Below, piece by piece: positions 1 to 9,931 of a stretch of 64,000 bases of DNA. Source of the stretch: Stellaceae bacterium (GTDB lineage Bacteria > Pseudomonadota > Alphaproteobacteria > ATCC43930 > CGMCC-115725); NCBI GenBank assembly GCA_035632055.1, contig DASQHO010000062.1:1515-65514 (forward strand), given 5' to 3'. A program made the translations under genes and the position numbers. Under the pieces are notes generated by a model. That model was not told the origin of the DNA and did no database searches. It saw only the letters and a program-made list of their open reading frames with translations. How positions within the stretch are numbered: the first letter of the stretch is position 1; every line of letters begins with the position of its first letter.

Positions 1-1
1 G

Positions 2-331
2 GTGATGCGCAAGGCGGCCGTGGCCGGCTTTGTGCGCAACAAGCTCACCGTGTTGCAGGGCGGCGCCGCCGTCCAAGGCGGCACGCAGGCAACGACCGCG
101 AAAGCCGGCGCGCTCGAAATGCCCGCTGCCGGTAACGTCGCGGTCGGACACGACATCGCCATGGAGATCGAACCGGTCAAGACAGTGGATGTCCGTATAG
201 AGCAGATCAAGGCAGCACGCATGAAGGGATACGAGGGCGACAGTTGCGGCGAATGCGGCAACTTCACCCTCGTCCGTAACGGCACCTGCCTCAAATGCGA
301 TACCTGCGGCGGCACCAGCGGCTGTAGTTGA
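2..331 (+). CDS. nrdJ: C-terminal end of class II (adenosylcobalamin-dependent) ribonucleotide reductase; the 5' part lies outside the window
   Basis: The ORF is open at the window edge. It ends in the Cys-rich tail CGECGNFTLVRNGTCLKCDTCGGTSGCS that I recognise from NrdJ-type reductases, and a strong terminator follows. Confidence 0.55.
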   Translation: MMRKAAVAGFVRNKLTVLQGGAAVQGGTQATTAKAGALEMPAAGNVAVGHDIAMEIEPVKTVDVRIEQIKAARMKGYEGDSCGECGNFTLVRNGTCLKCDTCGGTSGCS

Positions 332-391
332 TCGCAACGCGGTCCTCCGGCTACAGCCTCCCGGCCGGCACCGTGACTGAGGCAGAAATTG

Positions 392-425
392 GGGGGCGCG
401 GTTCGCGCCGCGCCCCCTTCTTTTT
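392..425 (+). terminator. Rho-independent terminator after nrdJ
   Basis: GGGGGCGCGG (392-401) pairs with CCGCGCCCCC (408-417), followed by TTCTTTTT. Confidence 0.8.
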
Positions 426-437
426 CGAGACATTCCG

Positions 438-872
438 ATGCTCGTTAACCGCCGTAATCTGCGCATCGAATGGGCGCAATGCGACCCGGCCGGGATCGTC
501 TTCTATCCGCAGTATCTGATCATCTTCGACACCAGCACCGGTCAGCTGTTCGAACGTACCGGCCTTTCGGCGTCTGCGATCCGCGCTAAATACGGCATCG
601 TCGGCTTTCCGTTAATCGAATGCGGCGCCAAATTCCTGCTGCCATGCCATTTCGACGACGCGGTGACGATCGAAAGCCGAATCGATGCGTGGGGCCACAC
701 CAGCTTTACCGTCCAGCATCGGATCCTGAAAGCGGGCAACACAGCAGTCGAATGCTTCGAGAAGCGCATTTGGGCCGGGCGACGTGCCGATGGCGGCATC
801 AAACCGGAATCAGTGCCCGCCGAGGTCAAAGCCAGTCTGTCCGACGCCAGCGGCAAAATCCGCCTCGGCTAG
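438..872 (+). CDS. 4-hydroxybenzoyl-CoA thioesterase-family (YbgC-like) acyl-CoA thioesterase
   Basis: 144 aa with the N-terminal hotdog-fold signature CDPAGIVFYPQY. Confidence 0.7.
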   Translation: MLVNRRNLRIEWAQCDPAGIVFYPQYLIIFDTSTGQLFERTGLSASAIRAKYGIVGFPLIECGAKFLLPCHFDDAVTIESRIDAWGHTSFTVQHRILKAGNTAVECFEKRIWAGRRADGGIKPESVPAEVKASLSDASGKIRLG

Positions 873-974
873 GCAAGGATACAGACGCTGTCCGCGGGGG
901 ATGTTCGGTGGCGGGCGGCCTATCACCAGGTACCCTCGCCTTCGCATTATGGCGAGGGACCACGCGCAGTTGAC

Positions 975-1011
975 TGCCGGCCATCACTCCCCCCGATGGC
1001 CGGCATTTTTT
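975..1011 (+). terminator. Rho-independent terminator after the thioesterase gene
   Basis: Perfect 11-bp stem TGCCGGCCATC / GATGGCCGGCA with a 9-nt loop, followed by TTTTTT. Confidence 0.85.
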
Positions 1012-1074
1012 GCCGCTGCTGGGCAAGCGGCCTTATCCGGCCGATAATATACAAATCCGTTGACGGGAGCGATC

Positions 1075-1539
1075 ATGGCAGGACGTATCGACGCGCGACT
1101 TAAGCAACTTAAACTCGAATTACCCGACGCGGCGGCGCCGCTCGCGAATTACGTGCCTTGCGTGCGCACCGGCGATCTGTTGTTCGTCTCCGGTCAGGTC
1201 TGCCAATGGAATGGTGAACGCCGATTCCTCGGCAAACTCGGTGCCGGTATATCGCTGGCGGACGGACAAAGCGCGGCACGGCTATGCGGCCTCAACCTTC
1301 TGGCGCAGGCGCGCGCCGCCGTCGGTGATCTGGACCGCATCCAGCATTGCGTGCGCGTCAATGGTTTCGTCAATAGCACACCTGATTTCGTGCAGCAGCC
1401 GCAAGTGATCAACGGCTGCTCCGACCTATTCGTCGAGGTACTGGGCGACGCCGGCCGTCATTCGCGCGTCGCCGTCGGTGTGGCGTCGCTGCCTGGCGGC
1501 GTCGCGGTCGAGATTGATGCAGTGTTCGAGGTCAGTTGA
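1075..1539 (+). CDS. RidA/YjgF family protein
   Basis: The N-terminus MAGRIDARLKQLKLELPD...VRTGDLLFVSGQV and the size are typical of the RidA family. I chose the ATG at 1075 inside the 1060 ORF. Confidence 0.7.
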   Translation: MAGRIDARLKQLKLELPDAAAPLANYVPCVRTGDLLFVSGQVCQWNGERRFLGKLGAGISLADGQSAARLCGLNLLAQARAAVGDLDRIQHCVRVNGFVNSTPDFVQQPQVINGCSDLFVEVLGDAGRHSRVAVGVASLPGGVAVEIDAVFEVS

Positions 1540-2699
1540 TGGACGGCACCGATCGGCTAACGCTGCGCATCGCCGATCATCTGGACAAGGTACCGGCGGC
1601 GCAATGGGATGCGTGCGCCGGCGGCCATCCATTTGTTGCGTACGCTTTCCTGCAGGCGCTCGAAGAATCGGGATCGGTCACTGGCAAGACCGGCTGGCTG
1701 CCTCAGCATCTGCTGCTCGAGGACGGCGGTGGAAGGCTGGTCGGCGCCGCACCGCTTTATGTCAAAAGCCACTCCTATGGTGAGTACGTGTTCGACCATG
1801 GCTGGGCGGAGGCCTATGAACGCGTCGGCGGCCGCTACTATCCCAAACTTCAGGTGGCCGTGCCGTTCACACCGGTGCCGGGACCCCGCTTGCTCCTGCA
1901 GCCCGAAGCCGGCAACGACGCGACGCGCCTGCTGATCGCCGGTTTACTTGAGGTCGCCAAGCGGATGGACGTATCGTCGCTGCATGTCACGTTTCCGACC
2001 CGCGCCGAATGCGACGCGCTGGTCGAAGCCGGATTTCTCCGCCGTATCGGACGCCAGTTCCATTGGGAAAATCAGGGCTATCGCTGCTTCGACGATTTCC
2101 TCGGCGCGCTCAACGCGCGAAAACGCAAGCAGATCAAGCGCGAGCGCCGCGACGCCAACGCGGCCATCGGTATTGAGGTGCTCTCCGGAGACGATTTGAA
2201 GTCGCACCATTGGGACGCGTTCTTCCGGCTTTATACTTCGACCTCCGACCGGAAATGGGGCTCGCCCTATCTGACACGGGAATTCTTCGAGCTGCTGGGC
2301 GAGCGTATGGCCGACCGTGTAATGCTCGTGATGGCGAACCACGACGGCCGCTACGTCGCCGGTGCACTCAATCTGATCGGGCTTGATACGCTTTACGGCC
2401 GCAATTGGGGCTGCATCGGCGACTTTCCGTTCCTGCATTTCGAGGCGTGCTATTACCGAGCCATCGATTTCGCGATTGCCCGCGGCCTGAAGCGCGTCGA
2501 GGCCGGCGCACAAGGCACACACAAGATCCAGCGCGGATACTTACCGCAAATGACCTACAGCGCGCACTGGATCCGGGATACCGGTTTCCGGCGCGCAGTC
2601 GCGGACTTTCTCAGGCGCGAGACCGCGGCAGTCGAAAACGAGATGGTGGAACTGGAACAGGGCCTGTCGCCGTTCCGCCGCGAAGGCAATGGACCCTGA
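1536..2699 (+). CDS. GNAT/FemAB-like N-acetyltransferase family protein (DUF482-type)
   Basis: 387 aa, overlapping the RidA stop by 4 nt. I recognise it by recall as the conserved alphaproteobacterial DUF482/COG3146 family. Confidence 0.55.
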   Translation: MMDGTDRLTLRIADHLDKVPAAQWDACAGGHPFVAYAFLQALEESGSVTGKTGWLPQHLLLEDGGGRLVGAAPLYVKSHSYGEYVFDHGWAEAYERVGGRYYPKLQVAVPFTPVPGPRLLLQPEAGNDATRLLIAGLLEVAKRMDVSSLHVTFPTRAECDALVEAGFLRRIGRQFHWENQGYRCFDDFLGALNARKRKQIKRERRDANAAIGIEVLSGDDLKSHHWDAFFRLYTSTSDRKWGSPYLTREFFELLGERMADRVMLVMANHDGRYVAGALNLIGLDTLYGRNWGCIGDFPFLHFEACYYRAIDFAIARGLKRVEAGAQGTHKIQRGYLPQMTYSAHWIRDTGFRRAVADFLRRETAAVENEMVELEQGLSPFRREGNGP

Positions 2700-3282
2700 G
2701 CTGCATCGCCGGCTGATCGCGATTGCCGGCACGGTGTCGCCGGAATTGCAGGCGCATATCGCCGCCGCGCCGATCTGGTTTCCCGAACGCGAGGACAAAG
2801 GAGTCGCCGCGTTTCTGGCGCGCGCGGTCACCGGCCAGCAGGTTTCAGCGGCGGCGGCGCGCAGCATTTGGGCGCGGGTTGAGGCGGCGGCGGGTGAGCG
2901 GCTGGCTGAGTTCCTCTGCGCCGAAAACGAAAGTGCGCTCAAGCAATGTGGCCTGTCGCGCAACAAAATTAAGGCGCTATGTCAGATCGGTATAGCACAC
3001 ACGGCCGGCCTGCTCGACAGCGCCAATATCCGTGCACTCGATCACGCAACGCGCTCGGCGCGTCTCACCGAGATCTGGGGCATTGGCCAGTGGACGTGCG
3101 ACATGCTAGCGATCTTCTATTGCTGCGAACTTGACATCTGGCCAGAAGGTGACTTGGCGGTAGTGCGCGGTCTCAAGCGCTTCGCGCGCCGCCGCAAGCC
3201 TGCACGCGTTGCGGCACAATTCGCGCCGTACCGTTCGCTTCTGGCGCTCTACATGTGGCGGCTGGCCGGCGCAGCGATGTAG
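2689..3282 (+). CDS. HhH-GPD superfamily DNA glycosylase (AlkA-like, short form)
   Basis: Helix-hairpin-helix region GIGQWTCDMLAIFY followed by WPEGDLAV, which carries the candidate catalytic Asp. Confidence 0.6.
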   Translation: MDPELHRRLIAIAGTVSPELQAHIAAAPIWFPEREDKGVAAFLARAVTGQQVSAAAARSIWARVEAAAGERLAEFLCAENESALKQCGLSRNKIKALCQIGIAHTAGLLDSANIRALDHATRSARLTEIWGIGQWTCDMLAIFYCCELDIWPEGDLAVVRGLKRFARRRKPARVAAQFAPYRSLLALYMWRLAGAAM

Positions 3283-3321
3283 GCCAAAACGAAGAAGGCC
3301 GGCCGAATGCGGCCTTCCCGC

Positions 3322-5646
3322 TTATTGGTCGACGAGCTCTTGTTCCGGCTGCTCTCCGGAATCCTTGCTCGGCAGCTTGGGCGGTGCCTCGATGTAGACG
3401 AAGGCGAGCTTGTCGCCGTCGCGCCGCACCTGCACCAAGCCGCCTTTGGCGAGCTTGCCAAACAGCAACTCTTCGGCGAGCGGCTTCTTGACATGCTCCT
3501 GGATGATGCGCGCCAAGGGCCGCGCGCCATAGAGCCGATCGTAGCCTTTTTCGGCGAGCCACTTCCGCGCCGCTTCGTCGAGCTCGATGGTAACGTTGCG
3601 GTCGGCAAGCTGCTCTTCGAGCTGGAGGATGAACTTGTCGACGACGCGGCCGACCGTCTCTGGCAGCAGCGCCGCGAACGAGATCACCGCGTCGAGCCGG
3701 TTGCGGAACTCCGGCGTGAACATCCGATTGATCGCTTCCTCGTCGTCACCGGTGCGCACATCGCTGCCGAATCCGATCGCCGGCTTCGCCAAGTCGGACG
3801 CGCCGGCATTGGTCGTCATGATGAGGATCACGTTGCGGAAGTCGACGTTTTTGCCGTTGTGGTCCGTCAGCTTGCCGTAATCCATCACCTGCAACAGGAT
3901 GTTGAAAAGGTCGGGATGCGCCTTCTCGATCTCGTCGAGCAGCAGGACGCAATGCGGATGTTGGTCGACCGCGTCGGTCAGCAGGCCGCCTTGGTCAAAG
4001 CCGACATAGCCCGGCGGCGCGCCGATCAGGCGCGATACCGTGTGCCGCTCCATATATTCCGACATGTCAAAGCGCTTGAGCTCAATGCCGAGCGTACGTG
4101 CCAGCTGTCGCGCGACCTCGGTCTTGCCGACGCCGGTCGGTCCGGAAAACAGGTAGCTGCCGATCGGCTTCTCGGCCTCGCGCAATCCGGCGCGGGCGAG
4201 CTTGATCGCCGCGGTCAATGCTTCGATCGCCTTGTCCTGGCCAAAGACCATCGTCTTGAGATCGCGGTCGAGGTTTTTCAGCACCTCGCGGTCGTCGCGC
4301 GACACGCTTTTGGGCGGAATTCGCGCCATGGTGGCGACGACAGCTTCGACTTCCTTGGCGGTGATCGTCTTGCGCCGCTTGCTTTCCGGCAGCAGCATCT
4401 GAGATGCGCCGACTTCGTCGATGACGTCGATCGCCTTGTCCGGCAGCTTGCGATCGCCGATGTAACGGTTCGACAATTCGACCGCGCTGCGGATCGCGTC
4501 GGCAGTGTAGCGCACGCGATGGTGCCGCTCGTAATATGGCTTCAGGCCACGCAGGATTTTGACCGAATCTTCGACCGTCGGTTCATTGATATCAATCTTC
4601 TGAAAGCGCCGCACCAGCGCGCGATCCTTCTCGAAGTAATTGCGATATTCCTTGTAGGTGGTCGAGCCGATGCAGCGGATCGCGCCCGACGCGAGTGCCG
4701 GCTTCAGTAAATTGGACGCATCCATGGCGCCGCCGGAGGTAGCGCCGGCGCCGATGACGGTGTGGATCTCATCGATGAACAAGATCGCGCCGGGCAGCGC
4801 CTCGAGCTCAGCGAGCACTGCCTTCAAGCGCTCCTCGAAATCACCGCGATAGCGCGTACCGGCCAAGAGCGCGCCCATGTCGAGGCCATAGATGGTCGCG
4901 TTCTGCAACACCTCGGGCACTTCGCGCTGCACGATGCGGCGTGCCAAGCCTTCGGCAATCGCGGTTTTCCCGACGCCAGGATCGCCGACATAGAGCGGAT
5001 TGTTCTTCGACCGCCGACAGAGGATCTGGATGGTTCGGTCGACTTCGGACTCGCGGCCGATCAGCGGATCGATCTTACCGTTGCGCGCCTTCTTATTGAG
5101 GTTGACGCAATAGGCGTCGAGCGCATCGTGCGCGCGCTTCGACTGCTTTTCAGTGCGCTCCTCTTCCTCGGCGCCCTGTACGCGGCGCGTCTCGGAGCGG
5201 CCCGGCGCCTTGGCGATACCGTGCGAGATGTAATTGACCGCGTCGAACCGCGTCATGTCCTGCTCTTGCAGGAAGTAGACGGCGTGGCTCTCACGTTCGG
5301 CGAATAGCGCAACCAGCACGTTGGCACCCGTCACCTCTTCGCGGCCCGACGACTGCACGTGGATCGCGGCACGTTGCAGCACCCGCTGGAAGCTCGCGGT
5401 CGGCTTGGCGTCCTCAACGTGCGTCGCCACCAGATTGACCAGCTCGTTATCGACATAATTGACGAGCTCGCGGCGTAATTTCTCAATATCGACGGTGCAG
5501 GCGCGCAGCACTGCCATCGCGTCCTGATCCTCGGTCAACGCCAGGAGCAGATGTTCGAGGGTCGCATATTCGTGCCGGCGCTCGTTGGCATAGCCGAGAG
5601 CGCGGTGCAGGGTCTTTTCGAGATTGCGCGACAACATCGAGTTCAA
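3322..5646 (-). CDS. clpA: ATP-dependent Clp protease ATP-binding subunit ClpA
   Basis: 774 aa with two AAA+ modules (Walker A GDPGVGKT and GPTGVGKT). It has an N-terminal Clp repeat and sits directly downstream of clpS. Confidence 0.95.
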   Translation of the reverse strand: MNSMLSRNLEKTLHRALGYANERRHEYATLEHLLLALTEDQDAMAVLRACTVDIEKLRRELVNYVDNELVNLVATHVEDAKPTASFQRVLQRAAIHVQSSGREEVTGANVLVALFAERESHAVYFLQEQDMTRFDAVNYISHGIAKAPGRSETRRVQGAEEEERTEKQSKRAHDALDAYCVNLNKKARNGKIDPLIGRESEVDRTIQILCRRSKNNPLYVGDPGVGKTAIAEGLARRIVQREVPEVLQNATIYGLDMGALLAGTRYRGDFEERLKAVLAELEALPGAILFIDEIHTVIGAGATSGGAMDASNLLKPALASGAIRCIGSTTYKEYRNYFEKDRALVRRFQKIDINEPTVEDSVKILRGLKPYYERHHRVRYTADAIRSAVELSNRYIGDRKLPDKAIDVIDEVGASQMLLPESKRRKTITAKEVEAVVATMARIPPKSVSRDDREVLKNLDRDLKTMVFGQDKAIEALTAAIKLARAGLREAEKPIGSYLFSGPTGVGKTEVARQLARTLGIELKRFDMSEYMERHTVSRLIGAPPGYVGFDQGGLLTDAVDQHPHCVLLLDEIEKAHPDLFNILLQVMDYGKLTDHNGKNVDFRNVILIMTTNAGASDLAKPAIGFGSDVRTGDDEEAINRMFTPEFRNRLDAVISFAALLPETVGRVVDKFILQLEEQLADRNVTIELDEAARKWLAEKGYDRLYGARPLARIIQEHVKKPLAEELLFGKLAKGGLVQVRRDGDKLAFVYIEAPPKLPSKDSGEQPEQELVDQ

Positions 5647-5680
5647 TCCTTCTACTGGCGACCAAGCTCCTGGATTCCGA

Positions 5681-6019
5681 TCAGTCCTTCTCCAGGGTAC
5701 ATTGCAAGGGATGCTGATGCTGGCGAGCGAAGTCCATCACCTGCGTCACCTTCGATTCGGCGACTTCGTAAGTATACACGCCGCAGACGCCGACGCCGCG
5801 GCGATGGACGTGCAGCATGATGCGGGTCGCCTCATCGCGGCTCTTGGCAAAAAACCGCTCGAGGATGTGCACGACAAACTCCATCGGCGTGTAATCATCG
5901 TTCAACATCAGGACCTTGTACATCGAAGGCTTTTTCGTCTTGGGTTTAGCCTTGACGATGACGCCGGTCGACGGCCCCGCGTTGCCGCCGCGCTTTTCGA
6001 TATCGCTCATCGCGCGCAC
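5681..6019 (-). CDS. clpS: ATP-dependent Clp protease adaptor ClpS
   Basis: 112 aa with the core [24 protein letters not shown]; located upstream of clpA. Confidence 0.92.
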   Translation of the reverse strand: MRAMSDIEKRGGNAGPSTGVIVKAKPKTKKPSMYKVLMLNDDYTPMEFVVHILERFFAKSRDEATRIMLHVHRRGVGVCGVYTYEVAESKVTQVMDFARQHQHPLQCTLEKD

Positions 6020-6236
6020 TGCCTAGTCGAACGCGACTCCATAACCGATTTGACCATCGTGTCCATGATATTGGATGCCCGCGACGGCGTAAAAGGGCCT
6101 TTTGTGCGCTGCCGCAGGGCTGTTGGCCGCGATCGCACAACCCTTAAGCCACTCGCGTTAACGCCACGACAAATCTGCCGCACGCGGCCTGGACACGGCT
6201 GCGCGCGCGGTTTCGCGGTGGAGGTCGGCCGCCGAT

Positions 6237-6686
6237 TCAGGCGGCGATCGGCCGCGCCAGCTTGCTGATCGTCTTCTCGAAGCAACCGCCAATTGGCGCC
6301 CAAGTACCGTTGGCCAGTGACAGGCCGAGTCCCGACAAACGCGCACTGCGTTCGGCCAGTGTCTCGAGCGCAGTCTTGGCGAAACCGGCTTGGATTTCGA
6401 TGACCCGGTCGAGCGTCTTGGCGGCAAGCAATTCCTTCGTTGCCATGCCCGCCGAAGCGAGGGTCTGCCGAGTGTAGCCGACCGCCTCGGTCGCAATCGC
6501 CTCGAAACCCTCGGCCCACGCGACATTCGCCTTTAGCACGGCGCTGAAATTCTCCTGCGACAGCGAGGCGAGTTGGTCGTAGTAGCCGCGGGCCGCTGCG
6601 GGCGCGAGCGCAACCCGCTGCGCGCGGTCGGCGTCAGGTTGTCGCGGCATCGGCACCACCGCTGGTTTCTTCGATTTGGAGCTCAT
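6237..6686 (-). CDS. Phasin family protein (PHA granule-associated)
   Basis: 149 aa starting at the internal ATG (MSSKSKK), which has an AGGAGG Shine-Dalgarno sequence. The Ala-rich helical sequence resembles phasin_2 family proteins. The N-terminal extension in the ORF track is rejected. Confidence 0.65.
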   Translation of the reverse strand: MSSKSKKPAVVPMPRQPDADRAQRVALAPAAARGYYDQLASLSQENFSAVLKANVAWAEGFEAIATEAVGYTRQTLASAGMATKELLAAKTLDRVIEIQAGFAKTALETLAERSARLSGLGLSLANGTWAPIGGCFEKTISKLARPIAA

Positions 6687-6794
6687 CGGGACCTCCTGGT
6701 GGCAAATCATTTGCGCCACATCGCATTGAAGCGTCACAATGCTGCGGCGCAACAAACCCATATTGCCACGCGCATGTGTCAATACAAGGTGCAC

Positions 6795-6807
6795 TTCGCA
6801 CTGCGAA
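6795..6807. promoter_or_regulatory. Palindrome TTCGCA-C-TGCGAA in the phasin upstream region; candidate operator
   Basis: Perfect 6-1-6 inverted repeat. Further TTCGCA copies lie at 6833-6838 and 6863-6868. Confidence 0.25.
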
Positions 6808-7075
6808 ACAAGCCGTTCGTCATCGCGTTGCATTCGCAGCACGCCCACAAATAGCGGGTGAATTCGCAGTGGTGGAGAGCGCGGCTTCACGCGCACATCG
6901 CCATTTATCCGAAAACTTTACGTGAGAAAGCCGGAATAACTGGACAGAGATTCACCGAATTCCTAATCTGTTCCAAGGCCTTCGATCATTGGTTTCTATC
7001 CGTTTGCGACGTTCGCGGATGGTTGAGGCGGCGTTAACCTTTCGGGGGAATAGTTGTTTGTGGGGTGAAGACGGG

Positions 7076-8509
7076 ATGATTGCCGCGGCGTCACTGCGTT
7101 CTGCGCGATGCCGGCTCGGGTGGGTCGTTACCTGTGCCGCTTTTTTTCTATTTGTTGTCATGTTGCATCCGGCTGCCGCACGAACCCACGCGCTGCGGCT
7201 GCCCTACCCGCCAGGCTCTACTTCATCGATCATCATCGATGCGCAAACCGGCAAGGTGCTGAGCGAGCACGACGCCGACCGGTTGGACTACCCGGCGTCG
7301 CTGACCAAGATGATGACTTTGTACCTGACGTTCGGCGCGCTCGAGCAAGGCAAGATCTCGCTCACGGACCAGTTCACCGTGTCCTTGCACGCGGCGCGGC
7401 AGGCGCCGTCGAAGCTTGGCTTGCGGCCGGGCCAGCACATCTCGGTGCGCGATCTGATTCTCGCCGTCGTCACCCACTCGGCGAACGACGCCGCAGTGAC
7501 GATCGCTGAAAATCTCGCCGGCAGCGAGTCCGCGTTCGCGCAGCGCATGACAGAGACGGCGCGCGCACTGGGCATGAGCGCCACCACCTTCCGCAACGCC
7601 TCGGGCCTTCCTAATCCGCCGAACATGAGTACGGCGCGCGATCTTGCTACCCTGGCGCGCGCGCTGTGGCGCGACTATCCGACCGAGTATCATTTCTTCG
7701 CCACTGAAGAGTTCACGTACAACGGCGCGGTCTACGAGACCCACAATCATTTGATGGCGAGCTTCGCCGGCATGGATGGTATCAAGACCGGCTATATCCA
7801 TGCCTCGGGCTTCAACTTGGCAGCGTCGGCAGTGCGCAATGGACGGCGGCTAATTGGTGTCATCATGGGCGGCAGCTCGGCGCATGGCCGCGACTTGGAG
7901 ATGGCCGGTATGCTGGATGACGCGTTCGCCGGTGTCACGCCTGCCGGCAATACCACTATCCGGACTGCGAATAGCGGAGAACCGACCGGCGGAACCGTCG
8001 CCGTGAATGCGCCGTCGCCGATGGCCGTGCTCAATCCGGTACCGCGCGCCGAAGCCGCCGTGCCCGGACCTACTCCCAAACCGACACCACCGACACTTCG
8101 TGCGCTCAGGCGCAGCCACGAATGGCAGATCCAGGTCGGCGCATTCGGTAATCTAGAAGCCGCCGAACACGCCGGCGCACTCGCGCTTGCCAAGCTCCAC
8201 CTTAAGGACAAGACTGCGCACGTCCTACCGCCGGCACCGGGCGATAAGGAGGCGTTGTTTCGCGCTCGCATCATGGCCTTTTCGGAACACGAAGCCGAGC
8301 ACGCTTGTCGCCTACTGCGCGCCAAAATGCACGGACACAAACTGTGTGCCGTGATTCCGCCAGTGCAGGCCGTGGCCGCCGTGTTGCCGGCACCACGCGC
8401 GCTCGATCTGCACCTGCCGACGCCGGCGCCCGCGGTTGACCCCAAACCGGCAGCCGCATCGGCGACTGCCGTCACGCCCGCGCCGCAGACGGAGGCCGAC
8501 AAGAACTAG
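7076..8509 (+). CDS. D-alanyl-D-alanine carboxypeptidase (PBP5/6, peptidase S11) with a C-terminal SPOR-like domain
   Basis: Signal-peptide-like N-terminus. Active-site motifs SLTKMMT (SxxK), SAND (SxN) and KTGY are present. A Pro-rich linker precedes a WQIQVGAF...FRARI SPOR-like region. Confidence 0.85.
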   Translation: MIAAASLRSARCRLGWVVTCAAFFLFVVMLHPAAARTHALRLPYPPGSTSSIIIDAQTGKVLSEHDADRLDYPASLTKMMTLYLTFGALEQGKISLTDQFTVSLHAARQAPSKLGLRPGQHISVRDLILAVVTHSANDAAVTIAENLAGSESAFAQRMTETARALGMSATTFRNASGLPNPPNMSTARDLATLARALWRDYPTEYHFFATEEFTYNGAVYETHNHLMASFAGMDGIKTGYIHASGFNLAASAVRNGRRLIGVIMGGSSAHGRDLEMAGMLDDAFAGVTPAGNTTIRTANSGEPTGGTVAVNAPSPMAVLNPVPRAEAAVPGPTPKPTPPTLRALRRSHEWQIQVGAFGNLEAAEHAGALALAKLHLKDKTAHVLPPAPGDKEALFRARIMAFSEHEAEHACRLLRAKMHGHKLCAVIPPVQAVAAVLPAPRALDLHLPTPAPAVDPKPAAASATAVTPAPQTEADKN

Positions 8510-9921
8510 GCTGATTCGCGGCCGTAGAATTCGGCAGGCGGCGCGATGCCGCTGGCCTTGAGCTGTTCGGCAAGCGAATCCTTGAGTCGTTCCAGCGCTG
8601 TCGGGTTCCGGCCCTCGGCGCGCGCCACAAGCACGTCCTGCGTATTGGACGCGCGCAGCAGCCACCAGCCGTCGGCAGTCTTGACGCGCACGCCATCGAC
8701 TGTAATGACGTCGGCGTTGGCGGCCTTGAGTCGCGTACGGACTTCCTCGACGACCTTGAACTTGCGGTCCTCGGCGCACGGAAACCGGAGTTCAGGCGTA
8801 TTCACGACCACCGGCATGCGGTCGCGCAACGCCGCCAAGCTGTCGCGGCCGCGCGCGATGATACCAAGCAGCCGCACCGCGGCGTAAAGAGCGTCGTCAT
8901 AGCCGTAATAACCGTCGGCGTAAAAGATATGGCCGCTCATCTCGCCGGCGAGTGGCGCGCCGATTTCGGCCATCTTGGCCTTGATCAACGAATGCCCCGT
9001 CTTCCACATCACCGGCGTGCCGCCGATGCGGGCGATCTCGTCGAACAAGGATTGGCTCGCCTTGACGTCGGCGATGATGGTGGCACCGGGCTGCTTGGCG
9101 ATGATTTCGCCGGCGAGCAGGATCATGAACTGATCGCCCCACAGGATGCGGCCCTGTCCGTCGACAACGCCGATGCGGTCGCCGTCGCCATCAAAGGCGA
9201 TGCCGAGGTCGGCTTTCTCCCGCAGCACTGCCTCCTGGAGCTGCTTCAAGTTCTTCGGTTCGGTTGGATCCGGATGGTGCACCGGGAAGCGGCCGTCGAT
9301 CGTCGCATTGAGCAGGACGTGCCGACCGGGCAGCGCCTTGACGAGCAGCTGCAACGCCTCACCGGTGGCGCCATTGCCAGCATCCCAAACCACCGACAGT
9401 GTTCGTTGCCCGCCGTGATAGTCAGCAGCGAGCCGCTTGACGTATTCGGTCAGCACCGGCTTTTCGACGATGCTACCCTTGCCAACAGGAAACTTCCCGG
9501 CCGCGGCAATCTTGCCGAGCCGCTGAATGTCAGAACCGAAAAATGACTTCTGGCCGAGCACCAGCTTGAAGCCGTTGTGGGTCGGCGGATTGTGCGAGCC
9601 GGTCACCATGATGCCGCCGGCAACATCGAGCGTGTGGCTGGCGAAATAGAGCATCGGCGTCGGACCGAGTCCGACGCGCACGACGTCGACGCTGGACATA
9701 GCGAGGCCTTCGACTAGGGCGCTTTCGAGCGCCGGCGAACTCAGCCGACCGTCGCGTCCGACGGCCACCCGCTTGCCACCGTTCTCGCGGACGACGGCAG
9801 CGAAGCTGCGCCCGATGGCGTGCGCGTCGACTTCGTGCAGCGTCTGGCCGACGACGCCGCGGATGTCGTACTCGCGCAGGATGGTTGGATCGAAGACGTG
9901 GCCTTCGGCAGTGCGCGTCAC
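8506..9921 (-). CDS. Phosphomannomutase/phosphoglucomutase
   Basis: Phosphoserine loop TGSHNPPTHNGFK. I chose the GTG start at 9921, 10 nt after the galU stop and preceded by GAGG. Confidence 0.85.
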   Translation of the reverse strand: MTRTAEGHVFDPTILREYDIRGVVGQTLHEVDAHAIGRSFAAVVRENGGKRVAVGRDGRLSSPALESALVEGLAMSSVDVVRVGLGPTPMLYFASHTLDVAGGIMVTGSHNPPTHNGFKLVLGQKSFFGSDIQRLGKIAAAGKFPVGKGSIVEKPVLTEYVKRLAADYHGGQRTLSVVWDAGNGATGEALQLLVKALPGRHVLLNATIDGRFPVHHPDPTEPKNLKQLQEAVLREKADLGIAFDGDGDRIGVVDGQGRILWGDQFMILLAGEIIAKQPGATIIADVKASQSLFDEIARIGGTPVMWKTGHSLIKAKMAEIGAPLAGEMSGHIFYADGYYGYDDALYAAVRLLGIIARGRDSLAALRDRMPVVVNTPELRFPCAEDRKFKVVEEVRTRLKAANADVITVDGVRVKTADGWWLLRASNTQDVLVARAEGRNPTALERLKDSLAEQLKASGIAPPAEFYGRESA

Positions 9922-9931
9922 GGATTCGGCC

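Noticed and set aside
3307-4710. 467-aa ORF on the plus strand, antisense to clpA
   Set aside because: It lies entirely within and opposite a confidently identified gene. The sequence is Arg/Leu/Asp-rich and low-complexity, as is typical of spurious antisense frames in GC-rich DNA. There is no Shine-Dalgarno sequence and no recognisable motif.
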